This document shows positions 1 to 27,399 of a stretch of 64,000 nt of DNA, piece after piece (within the stretch, counting starts at the first letter, position 1; the number at the start of each line of letters is the position of its first letter). Origin of the DNA: Chrysomallon squamiferum (Eukaryota; Animalia; Mollusca); assembly GCA_012295275.1 (NCBI GenBank), contig CM022679.1:1674001-1738000 (forward strand), read 5' to 3'. The notes under the pieces are model-generated. The model did not search any database. It was given only the letters and a program-made list of their open reading frames with translations, and was not told the DNA's origin. The position numbers were made by a program, and so were the translations under genes.

Positions 1-191
1 AAACTGAAACAATCTCAAAGATTTTGTTTGAAGCTGTGTGTTAAATATACATATATATATAAGGTTTTCTTTTTTTCTGTTTTTTTTTCTAGCATATATG
101 AAAGCTGTTAAGATGAAAGCCTTTATCAGTTAACTGTTTTCGGAGGAAAAATGGCGTATCTCTTGCTGCCCGACTGCGGCTTAATGGCTGG

Positions 192-263
192 TTTCAAGAG
201 GCTGTGCAGTTCAAGAGGCTGCGCAGTTCAAGAGGCTGTGCAGTTCCAGAGGCTGCGCAGTTC
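192..263. repeat. 17-bp tandem repeat x4 (TTCAAGAGGCTGYGCAG)
   Basis: Direct observation. Confidence 0.85.
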
Positions 264-2426
264 TCATAAAAGCTTTTGCAGTGATGCATTTTCATATCTC
301 AAAAACTGTGGTTCCACTCCGATCCCCGTTTTCTTGGATAGCCATCAAAAATCTCTTTGAGGATTGACGAAGGTGCTTTCGTGCTCATGGTTCACATTAA
401 AATGTTCTAAACACGTTCTACCTCAGTATGATGAGACTTAGGTTTTTCTTAGGCCTTCCCACAAACCATTTTTTATTTGTTGAATCAGGTCATAAAGATA
501 AATATTTTTTTTATTAAAACTATGTGGATCTTATTAAGATGACATAATCACTATGTTTGATTAAAACAGGCAAATTATGTGGTGGTGGTTCTTGCTCTGA
601 AAGCTCTGTATTCTACACATGCTATGATGTCCAAAACAAGAAGAGAAAAAATCAAGTAAGTTGAGCTGTTCTCGCTTATTTTAAAATTACTTTTAATCAG
701 CTGTGTATGGAATATCAACTCTCATTCCTCAGACTTTATATTTTCTACATGCATCTGGAGTTAGAAATAACAAAACTGTAAGAACCTGATTTTTATTTTT
801 AAAAGTAGCTTAAAGCAAAATTTAAATGAAAAAGTTTGAACAAGCAAGTGATAAATATATAAAAACATTAATGAAAAGAATAAAACATGTCATCATATTA
901 CTATTATAATAAAATGAGTTAGAGTGTTTATTTACATAAAATACGTATAATATCAAATATATATATATAGATGGTATGTCTGTATATGTGTAAAGCAGTG
1001 TTGTTAAAATCATAAATAAATTCATTCTTAAGTGTATAACCACACACACACAAACACATATGGATATACAGTATTAAAATAACAGTTACTGGAAATGAAA
1101 AAGGAGAAACAAACCAGCCCAGATAAAAATAAATGTCAAAATCTCTATGAGTTTCTCACCAGCAGATGTTTATGTTTATGTTTGTCACGTAAATACCACA
1201 GAGAAATACAAAGCCCATACCAGAAAACTAACCAGTCTTTAACTCTGTTCATCAGGTTTCATTTACATTTATATATATTAAAACAAACTTGTGTGTCTGA
1301 TTATATACAAAATATATGACATGGGTAATTGATAGTGTATCCTATATGAATTCTGATGTTTTTATTTTTCTTTTAGATCAAAGTGTTTACAGTCTCTTAG
1401 TCATTTTCATCCTCTTCTTTTCAGACTTCTTCTGGGTGCTCACCTCTTGATTTTTATTCCGTTTTGATTTATTCTACAATTACAAAATATTTTCATTTAT
1501 CATTCAGTTTCACTGCCATCATCATATTCATTTCACTAGTCTTTTACAGTCAACTTTTTTTTTTAAAGTTTATCTAGGTTTTCTTTCTCTTTTTCATCGA
1601 AAATCATTAATTCCATCGGTTTCCTTTCTACTTTTACTTTCTCGAAAATCATCATTCTCACATATTTTCTCTTCCTTGTACATTCTCAGTTACTTTCTCA
1701 TAAATGATCGTTCTCACCCTTGTTTTCTCTTCCTTTCACATTCTCAGTTACTTTCTCTTGAGTCAACATTCTCAGAATGATTTTCTTTTATATCAACATT
1801 CTCAATCTGACTATCTCAAGTATCAGCTTTCTCAGTGTGACTTTCTTTTCTATCTACATTTTCAGTCTGACTTTATCTTGTATCAACATTCTCAGACTGT
1901 CTTTGTATTACATTCTCAGTCTGACTTTGACTTTCTCTTGCATCTGAATTCTCAGCCTTTCTCTTATATGAACATTCTCAGTCTTCTTTTGTTTCAATAT
2001 TCTCAGAATGTCTTTCTTTTATATCAATATTCTGAGTCTGACTTTGACTTTATCTTTTGTAAATATTCATAGTGTGACATCTTTTGTATCAACGCTCTTA
2101 GTTTGAATTTCTTTTGTATCAACATCCTCAGTTTGAATTTTTCTTGTATCAACATTCTCAGTTTGAATTGTTCTTGTATCAACATTCCCAGTTTAAATTT
2201 CTCTTGGGTTGACATTCTCAATTTTTAATTTCTCTTGTATCAACATTCTCAATCTAACTTTCTCTTGTATCAATGTTCTGTTTGACTTTCTCAAGTATCA
2301 ATATTATCAGTCTGACATTCTTTTGTTTCAGAATTTTCAGTCTGACTTTGACTTTCTCTTGTATCTACATTCTCAGTCTGACTTTCTTTTGTATGAACAT
2401 CTTTCTTTTCTCAGACTATCTTTCCT

Positions 2427-8610
<6,184 letters not shown>

Positions 8611-8877
8611 CTTATTTGAACTTTCACTTTCTATTTTCGCACTGCCAGGAGAAATTAATCATACATTTTTTTTTTTTTAGCATAAATCTATTTTATGTTC
8701 AGTTATTTTCTATTAATAAATCAGTGTTTTAATTATAATTTATTTCTTACTGAATGTTTGCAGATATATTGTTATTTTATTTATTAATCAGTAATAGATC
8801 AGTTACATTCATATAGGTCAGAAAAAATAATGATTTCTCCCTTTGTTTAGCAGTTCTTTTCAAATCGTGAAAATAAC
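8611..8877. promoter_or_regulatory. Probable bidirectional promoter region between ADPRH and CEP20
   Basis: The two divergent start codons are separated by only 267 bp. Confidence 0.5.
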
Positions 8878-11023
8878 ATGGCAAATTTGGAAGAGCTGAA
8901 AGAAGGTGTGTATTTGTTTCACAATAGCTTATAATTACACATAATAGAATGATTGCATCAGTAATTATGTGCTGTTTAAAGAAAAGAAAAGAGGAAAGCG
9001 TGTTAAAAGTGTTAATAATTAGAAAACATTGTTCTTTTTGTTGAAGTTTCGTTAGGGTCACGGACACGGGACAGGTCTAAACAGAATTTTTTTTATAATT
9101 TGGCTTTGTGATTGTTGTAAAATAAAAATGAAATTAAAAAAGGCCCGCTAATATTTAATGAAATAATTAAATAAATATCAAATTTTAAAATGTTACTGCT
9201 AAAATAATCAACTTTATGTATCATTGTATGTAACGTTATAATGCATTTCGTTTTCTGGAAACTTTATTTATTTTATGAACCGTATTAAGTTTAACTGATG
9301 ATGTAAATATTGCCAAGAAAATATTGCACCAAGTCATCTGATCCCCTCTTCCTTAAAATAGATAATAATAAATAGATAACATAAACTAATTTATTTCAGT
9401 TAAATATGTTTTATCAATCACGTCATGTGTGAAACATACATTCTACTTTCTTTGTTGTTAGAACAAAAAATAAAAATAATAAAAATAAAAAAAAAAAAAA
9501 TATTCTAACATTATTGATTATATTTTCTGTCAACACTGCAGCCACAGCAATGTGAATTTTATATAATGAGACTTCTGAGTGCTTAATTTAGAATGTAGAC
9601 AAATTAATTTCAGATAATACAGGGACAGATTTGTTCTTCTTTTCTTTTTTCTTTTTCTTTTTCTTTTTTTCCTTTTACTACTACTTCTTCTTCTGTTCTT
9701 TTTCTTCCTTTTGTTTTTGATATTTTTAATTTTTTTTTTACCAAAATTGTATAAGTTATTAACAGTTTTGTTTTGCAGTTTTGAAAGAGACACTGGAGAA
9801 CCGAGGAGTACTTGGCCAGATAAAGCCAAGGTTCGTGCTGAAGTATTCAATGCACTTGACGACCATTCTGAGACAAAACCATCACTTAGCAATGAAAATG
9901 TCCTGATCAATGAACTTATACGAGAATATCTTCAGTTCAACCAGTATCGATACACTGAGTCAGTTTTAGTATCAGGTACACACTAAATACTTAGTATTTT
10001 CTATATAGATAAAGTTTAAGTATCAGGTACACACTATATACTTACTTAGTATTTTCTATATAGATAAAGTTTTAGTATCAGGTACACACTAAATACTTAC
10101 TTAGTATTTTCTATATAGATAAAGTTTAAGTATCAGGTACACTCAAAATCTTTTAGTTGATATTTTCAGTATAGATAAACAGTTTTAGTATCAGGTAAAC
10201 ACTAAACGTTTAGTTAATATTTTCAGAATGGATACACAGTTTTAATATCAGGTACACACTAAATATGTAGTTAATATTTTCTATTTTACCAGTAGAGTCA
10301 CACTCTCAGTTTTAATATGAGACATCCAGATAATTTTCATTATTTTATTTGAACTAGTAAAACGACACATCTTTGATGATCTGAAGAGATGACAGTTCTG
10401 TTAAAAACAGCTTTATAAATTCATTTCATGTATTTTTGTTTCAGAGTCAGGGATGCCAAAAATTCCACTGGAAAGAGACTTTTTGAGAAATGAGTTAAAT
10501 GTGGTTGAAGATGGACCCACCAAATCTGTGTAATACTATATGAAAACTGTTTCTTTTAAAACATAACTATGGTGAAGCAATTTGCTAGAAAATTAAGTAA
10601 AATCATTTTAAAAAATCCAATATTTTTTTTTTTTTCATAACTGAATGGACATTTTGATATTAATGAAATGTGTAAAAAAAAACAAGTGTTTCAGGAAGTA
10701 TGGATGCTGCCAATTTTATTCTTTTCTGACATGCTATTTTGTACATGTGTAGATATAGTTGTAACAGTTACTTGAAGGTAAGATAGATTTTGTTTCATAG
10801 GTAAACAGAATATATTCAGAAATTAAATAGTATAGATATACTGATAGATTTATTATGACTTAGATAGATTTAGTTATTATCATTTGAGTTCATGACTAAA
10901 GCATTTATATTCTTAATAAAACTTTAATAAAATAAAATAACAGTCAGAAACTAATTAAAAAATATTAAATCTATTTATATATTTTAAACTTTATTTAATT
11001 TCTTATTTTGAAGTTATACAACA

Positions 11024-11061
<38 letters not shown>

Positions 11062-11445
11062 TATTTATTTTGACAAATATAGAAGTTTATTTTAAAACTT
11101 GCTGATGCTGTTATGTTGGGCTTTTTTTTCCTCAGTTATGTGGATAATTATAATATTATTTAAGCAAAGTGAATTTACAGTTTTACAAGTTTAATTATTA
11201 ATGTTACCACATTGATAATTGTCAAATGATTTAAGTAAATTATAATGATATGATACTTAAGAACTGTGTAAACAAATATACTGATGATTTTACAGGCCTC
11301 TGTTATACAGCATTGTGTCACATTTTGTTGGCCGTGATAAAAGTTTGAGTCAAAGATCTCGATCCCAGAGAGGCAGCCATGGATTTGAGGGGACAGCAGA
11401 ACAAAGAGACATCAGTATGATTTTTTTTTTTCTTCTTTTTTGTTT

Positions 11446-11483
<38 letters not shown>

Positions 11484-11605
11484 GAATTTGAAAAAGATAG
11501 AGGAGAAATTTAGTTTTTTCTAATTTCACATCATTTTCCAAATCTGTTATTTAATATATAAATGATACAGTAGCTGGTACAGCCAACAGGCCATTTCTCC
11601 AGTAA
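8878..11605 (+). CDS. CEP20: LisH-domain centrosomal protein CEP20/FOPNL (FOR20); frameshifted as assembled
   Basis: Exons 8878-8905 (MANLEELKE), 9779-9975 (VLKETLENRGVLGQIK/AKVRAEVFNALDD...ENVLINELIREYLQFNQYRYTESVLVS), 10445-10529 (ESGMPKIPLERDFLRNELN), 11296-11414 (PLLYSIVSHF) and probably 11571-11618 (TAA at 11603-11605). These match FOPNL family motifs. One base is missing near 9822-9825. A possible further exon lies at 12488-12543. Confidence 0.85.
9962..10285. repeat. ~55-bp tandem repeat in CEP20 intron 2 containing the splice donor
   Basis: Unit agttttagtatcaggtacacactaaatacttagtattttctatatagataa, about 6 copies. Confidence 0.88.
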
Positions 11606-13022
11606 ACCTTAGACCAAGGTAACATGAATTTTCTAGTTTTTTTCACCAAGGCTTAAAATAAGCATAACCAATGAAAAGTAAAGAAACAAATTGTATTTTT
11701 TAAATGCAAATTAATAATACACAAATTAATAATAAGCTGGTAGACTTGAAATTTCAGATTTCTAGATGATGGACAAATTGTCTGATACCTTTATAATAAT
11801 AAAATATTTCAGAAACAACATTTTAAATAACCTGTTTTATTCTTTGTCCAAAGTACAAAAGTAAATATTATTTAGTTTTTATTGATCAGACATATTATAA
11901 GAGCAGTAGTCAAATAATTATTTCTGTTTAATGAAGAAAATTTTTGTTTTTTTTTATTTGTAATATTAGAATTGTTTTATGGATAATATTTCTATTTTCT
12001 TTACAATTTATAAATACATTTTCAGTTTTTTAATTATCAAAAATTTAGTACACATCTGTAATATTTAGTATTATCTTTGATTGTCTCCCTTCATCTGTAT
12101 AATCTTTTATCTGAAGTTTTCTATTGGCACAGATTAAAAAAATGATTTTAGTTTAAAATCTCTCCTCTCTCCTTCAATATGTTAGATATATGGGTTTTTC
12201 TCTTTTCTAAGTATGTGCTGTAGTTTCAATTTTTTAGATAAAAGTAAAATTTTATAATTACCTAAATAAATAATATATAAATATCTAGATAACCAATATT
12301 TTATAATTGTCTGTATAACAACCATTTTTCAATATTGCAGATCGGTAATATTCTATAGTTATCTAAATAACTAATATTTTATAAATATCTAATAACTAAT
12401 ATTTTATAAATATCTAAATAACTAATATTTTATCACTATCTAGATAACAAGCATTTTTCACTGTTCTGATTAACTGATATTTTTCAGATGGTATTTCAGA
12501 AGTGGAAGCATCTGGTCTGGTTGTTTGAGGAGGAAAAAGATGATTGAAACATAATAGTTAGTGGATGACTTGTATTTAAACATAACAGACAGTAATTGCA
12601 GCTGTAAGTTAGTACAGTGTGGCTGGTAATGTACAAGAAGCACACGTTTTTGCAGTCTTTTTTCTTTCCTGGTTCTGTTTCAAGATAGCTTTCAGCCTTT
12701 TTATTTCATTTATTATTATTATTTCTCTGTTTTGAATTCTTAATATGTAATCTTTTGTTGAACTGTCCAGTACTCTTTGAAAGCAAAATGGAGAAGTGGT
12801 TAACTATTGTTTTCTTCAAATGGCTTGTTCCACCATAGATCACTATAAATCTTTAAAACATTAAACATTAAAAACAACATCTCAGATTTGGATCAAAATT
12901 TTGAAGCAGTGTGGACTAAAGACAGTTTTGGGGAATTTAATATTTTTAAAAAAATTACAAGATGTTGATCATTACTAGACTAATACTAATATCATCTAGC
13001 TTTGATCAGCCAGTACAAGCAA

Positions 13023-13222
13023 NNNNNNNNNNNNNNNNNNNNNNNNNNNNNNNNNNNNNNNNNNNNNNNNNNNNNNNNNNNNNNNNNNNNNNNNNNNNNN
13101 NNNNNNNNNNNNNNNNNNNNNNNNNNNNNNNNNNNNNNNNNNNNNNNNNNNNNNNNNNNNNNNNNNNNNNNNNNNNNNNNNNNNNNNNNNNNNNNNNNNN
13201 NNNNNNNNNNNNNNNNNNNNNN
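13023..13222. other. Assembly gap (200 N)
   Basis: Run of N. Confidence 0.99.
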
Positions 13223-13535
13223 TTGTTGTACTTCGTTCAGTTACGTATTGCTAAAAGGGCAGCTGTAGTGATCCCTGGCCCCTGATCCATATATGAAACA
13301 TTTACCAGCTTTGTGAGAACTGGACTGTTAACATACAGAAAAGTTCAGTATATACGTATGCATATATGTATGTATGTAGATGAATGAACATATGTTTTTA
13401 TATGTATGTATGTTTGTATGCTTATACCTGTATGTTTATATATACGTATATCTGTGTATGTATATATTTTTGTTTGTATAGATGTTCGATTATGATGTTA
13501 TTAATGACGATTATTTATTTATTTATTTATTTTAG

Positions 13536-16500
13536 ATAATCGATCGTTTGAAAGTCGTTCTATAGGAGGTAGACCTGTTGTGGAAGGGGAGAAGCCATGG
13601 CTTGTACTGCTCCAGGCTAGGGTGGTCAAAGCGGTATTCCTTTGGCATCCTATATCGTATAGGATATTTACCTGCGGTGGTTCCGTGATCAGCGACTACT
13701 GGATCCTCACTGCCGCCCACTGCTTCGATGCCCGGTATACAGTTCTGAGTCCACATTTTTCAGTTTGATACTAATAATAATAATAAAATAATAATAATAA
13801 TAATAACAATAATAATAACAATAATAATAATAACAATAACAATAATAATAATAATAACAATACCACTACTACTACTACTACTACTATGAATAATAATAAT
13901 AATAATAATAATAATGTACGTAGTAGTAGTTGTAATGGTAGTACTAGAGGAGCAGTAGTGGTGGCTTTGTGGTTGTAACGGTATTGATGGTAGTAATATT
14001 AGTAATGGTAGTAGTAATGGTGGTGTTTGTAATTGTAGTAGAAATAGCAGTGGTAGTAGTTGTATCAGTTGTACTAGCAGTTGTTATGTTTGTTGAAGTA
14101 GTAGGGGAAGTGTACTTCTATTTAACTTGTAACTATATTAAACCTCTGACATGTCTCAGCCTCTGATGGGTGGAAAGAATTTTGTCAAAACTGCGATTCC
14201 TCTGTCCACATCGAGCATTGTGTCATGTTAAAGATAGCCGAAGATCAACTGGCGAAATAAAAGCGATGAAAACTCGCGTTTCGCCCATGTAAATGCTACT
14301 TCTTCCTCTTTTTGTTGGTGTGTAGTGCTGGTGGGTATGCAGGTGCCTATGTAGTATATTACGTATATTACTTCAGGACATAGTCGTTGCTCATAAGGAT
14401 CGATGATGTTTAATTTCACGCCGTTTTCGGAAAATTGCATACGTTTTTTTTTTTTTTTTACTGGCCTATATTTTACCCAGTGAAATGTCGTCGCAGGCTT
14501 CATAATCAGAACGAAAGTAACAACACAACTGAACCTGAAAATATGAGACGTTGTCCCAGATAGAAGAGCAAACGCTACAAGGATCCGACAGCAGCACCAC
14601 CAATGTTCTTCTTACAGCTTGGATCTAGTACCAAGAAATCCGGAAAGTCGATACTTCTACAAAGCCGTAAATAGACACCAGAAACTCAAAATATCGCCAG
14701 ACACGAGTTTTTACATTCAGTTGACTTCTGATGACATAGTCAGACATGCTGCTATCAGAAATGACGAAACATATGTTGCAAAACTTCAACTAATATGATT
14801 ATCTGGACAATATAACTGACACAGTGAATATTCTATTTCTAATTGATGTTTATTCCTTCCTTCGTTTTTTTATCTTTCGAATCCTAGATTTAAAATACAT
14901 CACTTCTGTAGTACAGCAGTCTCAATAAGGCAAAAGATAATATAGAGAAAATGGAATTTCAAAGGTTTACTCGGAATTCACTACCACTGACAAGGGACTT
15001 AAACTGAGACTTTGTCGATATTTAAATTTGGTATATGTACTTGCAGTGTATAAGTTAAATTTGTTTTACTTTACGAGAGCAGCCAAAATCTATGAAGCAG
15101 AAGTAGACTGATCTTCGTTGATTCCATCTGGACTGAGCAGTAAAGTTCAGAAGTTAGGGTGTCCAATACACGTACACTTCCCCTAGTAGTAATAGCAATA
15201 TGTAGTACTGGTGATAGAAATGGTATTTACCGTACACAAAATTAATATAAGAATTGTTTTTCCTAGCCCTGAGTTAAGAATATCACAATACTGGATAGCA
15301 AAACTAGGATCCGTCAAACTGAAGGTAAAAACAGAAAAATACACGATATTGATTGTCTGTCTGTTTGTCCATGTGTTTATTTATGCACACCCACACACAC
15401 ACACACACACATATGTATATCTATATCTATATATGGTTGTAAGTATGTATGTATACATGTTTCTGTGTAGGTATGTATGTATTTATATATGTGTATGTAT
15501 GTGTGAATGCATGTATATGTGTATGCGCCTGTATGTAAATATATACCAGTGCTATATATATATATATATATATATATTTATTTATTTATTTACATACAAG
15601 CGCATACACATATACATACATTCACACATGCATATGTGTTTGTGTATAAGAACATGTATACTTATTTTTATTTATCTTCATTTCATTATCACCACGAAGA
15701 AAGAGAAGTTAAGCAACGTTCTCAAATTCTTTGGAGATATGTTAATTTATCCTACCATAGACCAGTGGGACATCAGAGCTTCAAGAATTGTCATTTATCC
15801 ACTCTATGATGATAGTGAGAATTTACAATAGCTCTATATTAATTTACAAACACATCTATACTCACATAACAGATCCCTACAAACACATCTATATTTATAT
15901 CACACCTCTCCACATTACCTTAAATGCATGTCTGTTTTCACATAGCACATTAACTTACATGCTAATCTGTTTACATAACACATTTCTGCATTAACTAACT
16001 AGCACATCTGTGTTTGCATTACAGATCTCTACATTAAATTACAAACACATCTATTAACATATCACATCTCCACGGTGAATTAAAGTTACATACGCATCTA
16101 TATTTACATATAACATTTCTGCATTAACCTCCACGTATTTCTATAATTACAAAACTCACAACAGCATTACATCATTTATATTAATATTAGACGTCTCTAC
16201 ATTAACTTACACATCTATGTATACATAACACATCTCTACATTAACTTACTTCCACATCTATATTAAGAACTAGCTTTAGATATTATATTAATATCTATAT
16301 TTGCATAGCACATCTCTATATTAATTTACATGCACGTCTATTTTCACATTACACACGTCTACATTAACTTATATAGTTATATAACACATTTTGTACATTA
16401 AGTTGGATACACATCTGTATTTACGTATAGTATGTGAACATTAAATTACATATCAATATGTACATAAAACATGTCTACTTGCATGCACCTCTATCTTTAA

Positions 16501-19045
16501 ATGTCAGATGTCTACTACAAATTACATGCACATCCATATTTAGATAACAGATTTCTGCATCAACTTACATCCGCCTTTATATTTTCAAAACACATCTGTC
16601 CATGAATATGCATACACACCTAGTTTTACATAGTAGATCTCTACATATCTATATTTACATCAAATGTATCTCTACATGTACTCACAGCCACATCTGTATT
16701 TACATAACAGATCTCTAAATCAACTAGCATATACATATTTATTGATATAGCTGTCTATAGTGGAGAAAAACAGACGTTTCGAAATCTGCACAATTCGATT
16801 AGCGTATCCTAAGAGATGATCTACATGAGATAGAAAATCACTGTAGTTCTCTCTTGTTGGTCTGAAATTATAAATATTTATTTTGTGGTACCTAAATTTT
16901 ATAACGCATGTCAATTTGTGTGCTACTATTAAATAAAGTCTCAAACACTATTACTATCATTATCATTCCTGTTAGTAGTGGTGTTGTTGCTCTTGTTACT
17001 ATTATAATCACCTAATCATCATCATCGAAAATGTGATTAACATTGTCTTTATTACATTCAATATCACCGTTATTATTATTATCAATGTTATTATTTATTT
17101 ATTTATTTATTTATTTTCTAATGACAAACTGAGATATTTGTTATTTTTATTTTAACTGTTACTTAGACTTTCCATTGTTGTAGTTATTTCTGTTACCATC
17201 ATTGTTGTCTGATAACATTGCAGAGACGAAAGTAAACGATATTGCCCTTCTGAGACTGTCCAAAAGCGTACCTTCTGGAAGTACAAACAAATACATCCGG
17301 AAAATAGACTTGCCGAGAAAAAATGAAATGTTCCCTGTTGGTACGATGTGTTCCGTTAGTGGCTGGGGATGTACCAGACCAGGTTGGTTCAGTGAATCGT
17401 TATTCTCCTTACTTTGTACAGAACTTTGATAATGTTGAAAAAATGACAACACAAATCAAGAGAAAAGTTCTTAAAGATGATTTCCGTTGAAAATAAAAAT
17501 TATAATTTTAATAGTGCAAAATTAACGAGGTTTTTGGTGTCTTTACTATCAGTTTGGATCAAACGTGAATTAAAAAAAAAATGGTTTTCATATATTTTGG
17601 TATCTTTTTAAAAATTTCCTTGATCCAGTTTTGCTATGAAATAATAAATGAACCTCCGGTTAAGGAAAGGAAAAAGATTTCTTTAAAACAATTTTCTTTT
17701 ACGTTATGAATCCATTTTTGTGAGCTTGGGAGGAATAGGCATATTTAAAAAAACATGTCCACTCTATTCCGGCTTTATTATCCCCAGTAACAACTGTAAA
17801 TTAATGTTTGTATGGAATCAGATTTATTTCCAGTATGTAAATATTACTACTATTCGACACGAATCATTTTTCCTAGTTTACTGAATGCCTGGAATATAAA
17901 GCAAACTTTAGAAGGATCATGAATCTACACATACATTATTACATTTCTTTATTGTTTCTTTCTTTCGATAATTTCAAACATAAACTATATATTTCAGTCT
18001 TACATTCTTAAACAAAGAGGTAAATATTTAAACAAAGAAATTGTTCGTATCTCCAAACTAAACTGCAGTGACTAAATGTACACAGATATACCAGGATATT
18101 CACATTTGCTTTGTTTGTTTTTTGTTTTGTTGTAGGTGGCCCTGTGTCACCTGTGGCACAAACCATAGACGTTCCAATAAAACTTAGCATCACCTGTGGT
18201 CATTTATATGCTACTGGAATGCGAAAAAGAATATGTGCTTCTTCCAGCTCAAAACGCATTTCAGTCTGTGGGGTAAGGATGTAAACACCATATGGCAAAG
18301 ACACACACACACACACGCACACACACACATACAGACACACACAGTCTCTCTCTCTCGAATACATACATTGAGACATATACACACATACCCACATACACAA
18401 TTACACACACACATAAACACATACAAACATTCAAACATACACAGACATATAACAACAATTACTCACAGTACCACCGCTACTACACAGACAAAGGTACACG
18501 TACGTCACCAAACTGTTATATTATTACAAAAGTGAGTCAACTGCTACCAAACTCACCCGTGACACAATTTTGAAATTATTTTAAAGATGACAGTACTGCT
18601 ACCACATTCATCAGTGCCATTTCTTTTATATTAGTATAGAGATGACACTACTACTAGCAGCTTTGTTAGTGTCACTACTGTTATATTGTACTAATTATGA
18701 CAGCATAGCTACCACTTTCATTGATGTCACCACTGTTATATTATTATAAGAAAAATAATACTAATCATATTAATCAGTGTCATTACTGTCATATTATTAT
18801 AAAGATGGTCATACTACTATCATATTAGTCACTAGTGTTATATTATTTTTTAAATTATAATATTACTATCACATTAATCAGTGTCACTACTGTTATATTG
18901 TTTTAAGGGTGACAGCGGTGGAGGTCTGGTTTGTAGAAACAGGACGAAATACATCTTAGCTGGCACGTTATCGGCAGGATACAGACCGTCTATCTTTACA
19001 AGAGTCAGCGGCTACGTTACTTGGATACAAAGAATTATCAAATGA
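13536..19045 (+). CDS. Secreted S1 (chymotrypsin-fold) serine protease, array copy A; exon 1 presumably in the gap
   Basis: Exons 13536-13734 (FESR/SIGG...CGGSVISDYWILTAAHC), 15267-15324, 15700-15814, 17224-17382 (NDIALLRL...VSGWGC), 18136-18272 and 18908-19045 (GDSGGGLVC...FTRVSGYVTWIQRIIK*). The catalytic H, D and S are present and splice phases are consistent. Confidence 0.88.
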
Positions 19046-19195
19046 TGTCATTTCCTCTAACATGAAACCACTACATTTGATCCAAATTTTAATTTAAAAA
19101 AAAAAAAAATAAAACACTCTGAAATTGTTTCTTTGTAAAAATATTTTGAAATATCTTTTAATTCACTGGATTATATCTATATATACATACATAGA

Positions 19196-19412
<217 letters not shown>

Positions 19413-19799
19413 AATGTAGGCATTCATTTTCGTCTTATACTTTTACTGGATGACGTCATTTTAGATAAATGATTATGCTCATACATCTAAAAAAATAGGT
19501 TGGTCAAATTAGTTTTTTTAAATTTAATAAAACGAAAAGGAAAAAGACCTTAGCTCAAACAATTTCAGAGAAAATGCACAAAATACATATTAACATTTTA
19601 CGTCTTGTATATAATCCTTGGCTTTCTATCTACCTCTCTGCCTGTCAGTCTGTCTGAATATCTATATATATCTGTGTGTGTACGTGTGTGTGTGCATGTA
19701 TGTATGTGTCTGTGTTTTATATATTTACGGATTTAAATACATACGCCTAAACAGAGATCTATTCACGACATCTATAAACACACCTGCAAATAATATTCG

Positions 19800-19869
19800 T
19801 TGCATAACAGGTGACTATAAAACTGGCACAACCTGTACCACGTCACTTGTTTACTTCATCATCAACACC
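19800..19869 (+). promoter_or_regulatory. Protease copy B core promoter (TATA + Inr-like); homologues precede copies C and D
   Basis: TATAAAA at 19816 and TCACTT about 27 nt downstream, just before the ATG. The same module has its TATA at 31846 and 38744. Confidence 0.55.
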
Positions 19870-26241
<6,372 letters not shown>

Positions 26242-27399
26242 TGTGATTTCTTGAAATATGATACCGCTTCATTTCAGAGAAATGTTAGATTAAACAAAAT
26301 AAAATAAATATCAGCAAAACTTTACTGTTTCTTCGTAATAAATATTTTAAATGTGTTTTAAGACAAATTCTCTGGATTATATACACACAATGAATGGCGT
26401 CATACATTATCGTGTTACACTTTTACTCATACATCTTTAAACAGGTTTGTCAGAAGAAAAACAAGAGAACAAAAATACTTGCAGTGAAACCCTAACTCGT
26501 CAAACAGTTTCAGAGAATAGGAATAAAATATATATCTGTCTGTCTATCTATCTGACTATCTATCAGTCTACCTGTGTGTCAATCTCTATGTTATCTATTT
26601 CTCTATATGTGTGTGTGTTTTATGTTCTGTGTATGTTTGTGTGTCTGTGTGTGTGGGGGGAGGTGGGAGACTAGGTCTGGCTGTTTGGGTGTGTTTGTAT
26701 TTATTTATACATAGACACACACGCCGACAACAGATGCATGTACACATCATCTGTAACCACACCCACACATATTATTTGTTACATAACAGGTGACTATAAA
26801 ACAGGAACCTACCGTTCCACGTCACTTATTTACTTCATTACAGATTTTAAAGGTGGTTTAATAGAATAATTTAATAATTTTTCTTTCTTTTGGAGGGCTT
26901 TAAGGAGTGTGGAACTGGACAGATTCTCTTCAAGGAATTTAATGTGTTGTATGCATCGAAAAGTGCAAAACTCGAGTTTGACTGAACTGGTTTCATTTGT
27001 AAAGTTATTGTTTAATTTCTAGGTTTTAGCATTATTTTGTTTTCAACGATATAAGTAAATAATCATACAAATATATAAATGTGTGATTGTGTGTGTGTTT
27101 TTGTGGCTGAAGCACACACAGAAACATCAAAGAAAGAACAAATAAATAGCTAAATACTTACAAAAAAACAACAAATATATTTACACTGTCAAGCTAATAG
27201 TTTCGCAATAATGATCATCTTGAGCGCCTGAGACATAACTTGTTTGTAACGATAATCAGTTAAAGCAAACCGATGATGACGTCATTGAGAAACATATTTT
27301 TGCCTTCAGAAATCATGAAAAACAAAATGTTTACAGTATCTCTGTTTGTGTTGTCAGTCATCTAAAATGAATACAGTGGAATGAAGCTCGTTCACTCAA

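Noticed and set aside
151-360. 69-aa ORF with an AAAATGGCG start context
   Set aside because: It consists largely of a 17-bp repeat, with no recognisable domain or supported exon chain.
13969-14166. Val-rich hydrophobic ORFs (also 20653-20910 and 39588-39857)
   Set aside because: These are translations of degenerate (GTA/GTG)n trinucleotide tracts in protease intron 2.
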